The notes beneath the pieces were generated by a model, which did no database searches, was not told where the DNA came from, and saw only the letters and a program-made list of their open reading frames with translations. A program made the translations under genes and the position numbers. This document shows positions 59,124 to 64,000 of a stretch of DNA of 64,000 bases, in pieces; within the stretch, counting starts at the first letter, position 1; each line of letters starts with the position of its first letter. The stretch comes from Candidatus Peregrinibacteria bacterium Greene0416_19 (lineage in GTDB: Bacteria; Patescibacteriota; Gracilibacteria; Peribacterales; Peribacteraceae), in assembly GCA_007375735.1 (NCBI GenBank), contig VMEW01000001.1, forward strand, positions 11,831-75,830, in the 5' to 3' direction.

Positions 59124-60764
59124 TCAGTGGGATGCGAGGTAATCCTCGTCCTGCGATCGCAGTACCCAGTCGCGGAAGGCGCGCAAGTCCGGCGCCGCGG
59201 CAAGATCGGGGAGCGATGCTGCGCGGAGGATCACGTTCTGATCGAGGGGATGGCCGAGTTTGCTGAACGATGACTGCACCATCTCCCACGTATGGAACGT
59301 GAGGGGACGGAGCCGGAAGAGCGCGTGCGCATGACGGCGGGCGAGCGTGGTTTCCTCCGGCGTCAGGAGCGGAATATCCTCGATACGCCGAAGCTTTTCC
59401 AGATATTCCTGCGATGAAGCAGAATCATTCGTGAAGCCCAGGCCCGAATAGCGCCCCGTGCCGGCCGTCAGGACCGGGATGCCGAAGCACGGTGCCTCGA
59501 TGCCGATGGTGCCGCGCACCGTGATGCAGTAGTCGGTGATCGCGAAGAAGCTGTAGGTGCTGATGTCGGTGTCCGGCGCAACGACCGTGATGTGGGGCGG
59601 CAGCGTAGCGAAATTGGCGTCGAGCGCGATGACATCGCGCGGCTGGGCCGTAATCCCGAGCTGTTTCATCTTCCATACGTAATCAGGGTGCAGCTTGATC
59701 ACCCAGTTGACCCGGTCGTTGCCGCAGGCGACCTTCACCGTCTCGATGAGCCATTTCTCGTAGTCTTCAAACAGGTTCGTGCCGTAGAAGAACGTCGCAT
59801 CCCAGAGGACGTGTGAAAAGATGACGACCGTCTTCTTCGCGGGGTCCAGACCGAGCTGCGACCGCACCGCGTCTGGGTTCTTCAACTTCTTCCCCTCCAA
59901 GAGGAATTTCCGGTTGAACCACGTGCCCTCGGCGTAGGACCGGCGGAGTTCGGCTATGAACGATTCCTCTGTCTCTGCGGTCCATGGCAAGCGCTTGATC
60001 CGCTCCCAGGCGGACGGCGATACCGATGCGGCATGCACGTCGGCGTTTTCCAACGTGTATCGCTTGAGAAACATCGAATCGCGCGTATGTGCGTGCACGT
60101 ACTGGATGCAGGGACAGCCGTGCGCGAGCGCGGCGTCGAACACTTCGGCGTAGGGGGAGTACCCCTTTTCCAGAAATAATACGACGTCGGTATGCTCTGC
60201 ATCGAAGAACGCGTGCGCGGCTTCCGCAGCCTGAAATGAGCGCGGGAGCAGCCCCCGCAGAAGCTGCTGTGCCTCCGGATCGTCGAACGCAACACTCCCC
60301 TGGCGCAGCCTGCGGACGATGGTCGAGAGCGTGTGCTTTCCCACCCGCACGCCACGATGCGTGCAGCGCATGAATTCGTGGAACGTCGATGAGCGCAGGG
60401 CGGCTTCCAGACGATCCTGTGGGACCCGCGAGGCATGCTGATCCATGAGATCATCGAGGAACACGAATTGATCGATGCCCATTGACCGGAAGTACAGTTG
60501 TGCCCGTTTGTTCGTCCGGTCGGTCAGCACCGTGATTGCGGATCCATCCAACTCAAGCGCCTTGCCGAACACGCCTTCCATCTTCACCTGAGCGACCCAG
60601 TCGGTCAGGCTCACGATCAGGATCTTCTTCCCATTTCCAGCGGACCGGGATTGGTGGAGAAAGAAGACTTTCCATCGGAAGGACAGATAATCCCACAGCA
60701 CCGCCAGGTCGTCCGCCAGGCGCCGCCGGTCGAACAGCCGGCCGAAACGCCGGATGACGCTCAT
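59124..60764 (-). CDS. GT-B-like protein resembling capsule-synthesis (KpsS/KpsC, Capsule_synth) enzymes
   Basis: 546 aa. KKILIVSL N-terminal domain. C-terminal domain with VIFSHVLWD, WVIKLHPDY and ITVRGTIGIEAPCFGIPVL. Its ATG overlaps the neuA stop (ATGA). Family assignment from motif memory only. Confidence 0.5.
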   Translation of the reverse strand: MSVIRRFGRLFDRRRLADDLAVLWDYLSFRWKVFFLHQSRSAGNGKKILIVSLTDWVAQVKMEGVFGKALELDGSAITVLTDRTNKRAQLYFRSMGIDQFVFLDDLMDQHASRVPQDRLEAALRSSTFHEFMRCTHRGVRVGKHTLSTIVRRLRQGSVAFDDPEAQQLLRGLLPRSFQAAEAAHAFFDAEHTDVVLFLEKGYSPYAEVFDAALAHGCPCIQYVHAHTRDSMFLKRYTLENADVHAASVSPSAWERIKRLPWTAETEESFIAELRRSYAEGTWFNRKFLLEGKKLKNPDAVRSQLGLDPAKKTVVIFSHVLWDATFFYGTNLFEDYEKWLIETVKVACGNDRVNWVIKLHPDYVWKMKQLGITAQPRDVIALDANFATLPPHITVVAPDTDISTYSFFAITDYCITVRGTIGIEAPCFGIPVLTAGTGRYSGLGFTNDSASSQEYLEKLRRIEDIPLLTPEETTLARRHAHALFRLRPLTFHTWEMVQSSFSKLGHPLDQNVILRAASLPDLAAAPDLRAFRDWVLRSQDEDYLASH

Positions 60765-61447
60765 CGTTGCCGCAGAAGGAACTCCGCGTAGGCCAGGTCG
60801 TCCGGGCCGTCGATATCGACCGAACTGCGCGCGTCCATCACGAAGGGGATCGAGCGGTCTCCGTAGAGCGTTCCCGCTTCGATCACTGTCCGCCGCACGA
60901 TCAAGATCGCCGGACCGTTGCGCGCGTAGAATCGTTCCTTGTCCTGTCTCCGGAGGACCAGGGGGCCCTCGGAGAGCGGCGCGAGCAGTCCGTCCTTCAG
61001 TTGCATGAGCGAAGTCGGGCTGAAGCGGTGCGGCACCTCCGTCACGCTCACGACGGTGTCGACGTTCTTCTTTTCAAAGAGAGTGAGTGCCGCATCGATG
61101 TGTGCCGTCGTCCGTAGCGGAGAGGTCGGTTGTAGGAGAGCGATTGCATCGGGAACGTACCCCTCGATCCGATCGAGTTCACTCAGAATGTGCTGGAGGA
61201 CAGGCAGGATGGGCGTTGCGTCTTCGGCAAGATTCGCCGGTCGCAGGAAAGGGCATGGCACCCCGAGTGATGCGCCCAGCGCCGCAATTGCCGGATCATC
61301 GGTCGAGAGGATGGCGCGTCCGAGCACGCTCCCAGCCGCAGCCTCGCACGTGTGGGCCATGAGCGGCTTCTCGCCGAGCGGTGCCACGTTCTTATTGGGG
61401 ATGCCCTTCGAGCCGCTGCGCGCGGGGATGATGCCCAGGATTTCCAT
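60761..61447 (-). CDS. neuA: acylneuraminate (nonulosonate) cytidylyltransferase
   Basis: GIIPARSGSKGIPNKN N-terminal motif. 228 aa. Confidence 0.85.
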   Translation of the reverse strand: MEILGIIPARSGSKGIPNKNVAPLGEKPLMAHTCEAAAGSVLGRAILSTDDPAIAALGASLGVPCPFLRPANLAEDATPILPVLQHILSELDRIEGYVPDAIALLQPTSPLRTTAHIDAALTLFEKKNVDTVVSVTEVPHRFSPTSLMQLKDGLLAPLSEGPLVLRRQDKERFYARNGPAILIVRRTVIEAGTLYGDRSIPFVMDARSSVDIDGPDDLAYAEFLLRQR

Positions 61448-61453
61448 AGTCGG

Positions 61454-62608
61454 TCAGTAGGTCAGTTGCTTCTGTACGGAGAGAGTCGCCGTGGAGAGGA
61501 TGTCCGCGATCTTTTCGCCAGCCGTTCCGTCCCCGTAGAGTGTGTCCGGCTCGTACGGGCCGTGCGCCAGCTGCTTTTTCACCGCCGAGACGATCGCCGC
61601 GTGATCGTGACCGGCATCCAGGATATTCGCTCCCCGGTCACGCCCGGTCTGGCGTGTGCCGACGTTCACGACCGGCACCCCCAGGAAGCTCCCCTCGCGG
61701 ATGGCGGCGCTGGAGTTGCCCACCATGCAGGCGCAGTGGCGCATGATGGGGATGAAGGTTTCCACCGGCAGATTCTTGTAGAAGCGTATGTAGCTGTCGT
61801 CTTTGTGTTCGCGGAAGATGCGGATGCCCTGCGCAATGTCTTCCGATCCGGCGTCGGCATTGGGCCAGAAGAAGATGGTGGGGATGTGTAACTCCTCGAT
61901 TGCCTTGAGCGTTTCTTCAATCTGGTCGCGGCCCTGCCCGTACTCGGTGGTGACCGGGTGCTGCATCACGAGCAGGTAGGGCTTGCGGAAGTCGATACCT
62001 CCTCCCACCCCCTCCTGAAGGAGCAGCGGCAGTGACGCCGGATCGGAGTGCAGCCGCGCCACCTCCGCCACCAGGTCCATCCGCGGGCAGCCCACCACGT
62101 GCACCCGCTTCGGATCCTCCCCCATGCGGATGATGCGATCGGCGGCCCGGTCGTTGGATGGGAAGTGCAACTGGGCCAGCTTGGTGACCGCATGTCGGAT
62201 GCTCTCGTCGATGGTGCCGCTCACCTCGCCCCCCATCGTGTGGGCGAGGGGGATGTTCATGTACGCCGCGGCCACCGCGGTCGCCATCGTCTCGAAGCGG
62301 TCGCCCACCGTCACCACCGCGTCCGGCCGCAAGCGGTCGAATACCCGCGCGAGCTCGATCAGCCCTAGCCCGGTCGACTGCGCCATCGTCAGCGGTGTCT
62401 CGCCCTCGATCAGCATGTGCACCCGCTCGTCGGGGGCAAAGCCGTCTTTCTCCATGAATTTGACCACCGATCCATACCGGTCGAGCAGGGCCGATGCGCC
62501 AACCACCACCTGGAGCGCGAGATCCGGATGCGCCTGTACCGCCCGCATCACGCTCTTGATGGAGCTGTAGTTTGCCCGTGAGCCGACGACGACGCAGATT
62601 GTGCGCAT
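61454..62608 (-). CDS. neuC: UDP-N-acetylglucosamine 2-epimerase (hydrolysing) type
   Basis: MRTICVVVGSRANYSSIKSV N-terminus, HTMGGEVSGTIDE and GNSSAAIREG motifs. Confidence 0.85.
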   Translation of the reverse strand: MRTICVVVGSRANYSSIKSVMRAVQAHPDLALQVVVGASALLDRYGSVVKFMEKDGFAPDERVHMLIEGETPLTMAQSTGLGLIELARVFDRLRPDAVVTVGDRFETMATAVAAAYMNIPLAHTMGGEVSGTIDESIRHAVTKLAQLHFPSNDRAADRIIRMGEDPKRVHVVGCPRMDLVAEVARLHSDPASLPLLLQEGVGGGIDFRKPYLLVMQHPVTTEYGQGRDQIEETLKAIEELHIPTIFFWPNADAGSEDIAQGIRIFREHKDDSYIRFYKNLPVETFIPIMRHCACMVGNSSAAIREGSFLGVPVVNVGTRQTGRDRGANILDAGHDHAAIVSAVKKQLAHGPYEPDTLYGDGTAGEKIADILSTATLSVQKQLTY

Positions 62609-62619
62609 AGGGAATTGGC

Positions 62620-63627
62620 TCAGGAGAACTTTTGGAGATCAGATGGTATCATGACAGTATCAGCCGGGATGTCCCGTGTTGCCCTCGTACCGATCACGTC
62701 CGAAATCCTGGCTGCTGGGATCCCGGTGCCTGGCTTCTTGATGCCGAGCATGGCCCGTGTGACGGTTGTGCCTTTCTTGATGGGAACGAGTGCAGCCACG
62801 CTCTTCTCAAATGTCTGCTTCATATTCTTGAATCGCGATGCATCGGATTTGTCCACGGGATGATGCAGCATCGCCTCCGCCGCGCGGATGACCTCGCACA
62901 TCTGGCGAAACTCAGCCGGCTCGAGCGAATGCTTCGCATCGCTGCCGTACATGTGCCGACTGAAGGTGAGGTGTTTCTCAATGACGCTCGCGCCCAAGGT
63001 CACCGCCGCGATCGGCGCCGCGAGTGTCATCGTGTGGTCGGACAGGCCGACGGGGCATTGGTACCGCTCGCGCATTTCCGCAAGCAGGTTCAGGCCCACC
63101 TGCTCCGGGGGGCACGGATACTCGGAGGTGCACTGCAGCACGGTCAGATCGTTGCCGCCGCGACGGATCGTCTCCACCGCACGATCGAGCTCTTCCCATG
63201 AACTCATGCCCGAGGAGAGGATGACCGGCTTGCCCGTCGCTGCGATCTTTTCAAGTAAGGGGAGATTCGTGACCTCGCCCGACGGGACTTTGTAGCGCGC
63301 AACCCCGACCTTCTCGAGCAGATCGACCGCCTCTTCGCTGAAGGGGGAAGACAGGAACTCGATGCCTGTTCCGTCAGCATGCTCTTTCAGTTTCTTCCAT
63401 TGTTCGAGCATGAAGCCGGTCCGCCTGAAGTACTCGTAGCGCGACTCGTCTTTGAAGTAGGGGGACGACGGCGCGTCCTTCGTTGTTTCCGCATCGGCGA
63501 TGTGCGTCTGGAACTTGACCGCGTCGGCGCCCACGTCCTTCGCCAGCTCGATCAATCTCTTGGCGTTTCCGAAGCTCCCGTCGTGGACGGAGCCGATCTC
63601 GGCGATGATGAGGACGCGGGTGCTCAT
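62620..63627 (-). CDS. neuB: N-acetylneuraminate (nonulosonate) synthase with SAF domain
   Basis: IIAEIGSVHDGS and AVKFQTH motifs, with a C-terminal SAF-like segment (GTGIPA...IG). Confidence 0.9.
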   Translation of the reverse strand: MSTRVLIIAEIGSVHDGSFGNAKRLIELAKDVGADAVKFQTHIADAETTKDAPSSPYFKDESRYEYFRRTGFMLEQWKKLKEHADGTGIEFLSSPFSEEAVDLLEKVGVARYKVPSGEVTNLPLLEKIAATGKPVILSSGMSSWEELDRAVETIRRGGNDLTVLQCTSEYPCPPEQVGLNLLAEMRERYQCPVGLSDHTMTLAAPIAAVTLGASVIEKHLTFSRHMYGSDAKHSLEPAEFRQMCEVIRAAEAMLHHPVDKSDASRFKNMKQTFEKSVAALVPIKKGTTVTRAMLGIKKPGTGIPAARISDVIGTRATRDIPADTVMIPSDLQKFS

Positions 63628-63724
63628 TGGATGCTATTGAAGCATGTTTGCGGCTGAACGGCCATACCCACGTCGTCCTTTCACCGCTTCTGGTTGCCGG
63701 TCTTTGGCGGTATGATGGTCGTCA

Positions 63725-64000
63725 ATGCGGAAGCTGGTCATCATCGGCTCGGGCGCCCAGAGCATCGACATTCTGGAGACGGTTCATGCCATCAATGAGC
63801 GACAGCCCACATACGCTCTCACCGGTTTCCTGGATGACGACGTGTCGCTGAGGGGAAAAGAGATATTCGGGCTGCCCATACTCGGCCCCATTGCGGACGG
63901 AGCATCTCTGCCTTCGGACACCTTCTTCGTCAGCGGAATCGGGTTATTGTCCCTCCTCGCCCGCCGGCCCGCCATCATTGCGCGCACCGGCGTCAGCCCC
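63725..64000 (+). CDS. NeuD/PglD-like sugar acetyltransferase, 5' partial (runs off the window)
   Basis: Not in the ORF track because there is no stop. Hand translation gives MRKLVIIGSGAQSIDILETVHAINERQPTYALTGFLDDD..GKEIFGLPILGP, typical of the NeuD/PglD N-terminal domain. ATG lies 8 nt after TATGAT 63711-63716. Confidence 0.6.
   Translation, partial: MRKLVIIGSGAQSIDILETVHAINERQPTYALTGFLDDDVSLRGKEIFGLPILGPIADGASLPSDTFFVSGIGLLSLLARRPAIIARTGVSP

Overview
GC-rich bacterial window with no rRNA, one tRNA, and no cas genes or CRISPR array. About 1-15.1 kb holds housekeeping genes: rpmH (too short for the ORF track), an M16 peptidase, an MprF-like membrane protein, ndk, an S41 protease, a DUF1858-HesB Fe-S protein, RNase H, VanW, a CPBP protease, recO, an ftsX-like gene, a TPR protein, tRNA-Thr(GGU) and sufU/sufS. 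From about 15.2 kb to the window end lies one roughly 49-kb envelope-glycan island. It contains 7 GT4, 4 GT2 (3 of Dpm1/GtrB type), one GT8 and 2 unclassified GT-A-like proteins. It also has 4-5 GT-C-like polytopic membrane proteins, GtrA, DUF2304, RmlA/RmlB-like enzymes, 2 further SDRs and a cupin+DegT pair. Modification genes comprise 2 SAM methyltransferases, 2 membrane-anchored SGNH hydrolases, a carbamoyltransferase operon with SxtJ/SxtK-like peptides and an AsnB-like amidotransferase. A neuB-neuC-neuA operon is extended by a KpsS/KpsC-like protein, and an SLH/GerMN wall protein is also present. I recognised no initiating phosphoglycosyltransferase, Wzx, Wzy or ABC exporter. Three observations seem most worth following up. 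(1) Several palindromic repeat families are present, including a RAYT transposase flanked by its REPs, and two of them sit in-frame inside glycan genes, like Rickettsia RPEs. (2) About 36 genes have a TAnnnT box 5-9 nt upstream of the start codon, with some divergent pairs sharing one palindromic -10, which suggests mostly leaderless transcription. (3) The island looks like a multi-module polyprenyl-phosphate-sugar/GT-C glycosylation system with nonulosonic-acid and carbamoyl decorations. All functional calls come from reading motifs by eye; no database search was run. Taxon is unresolved.
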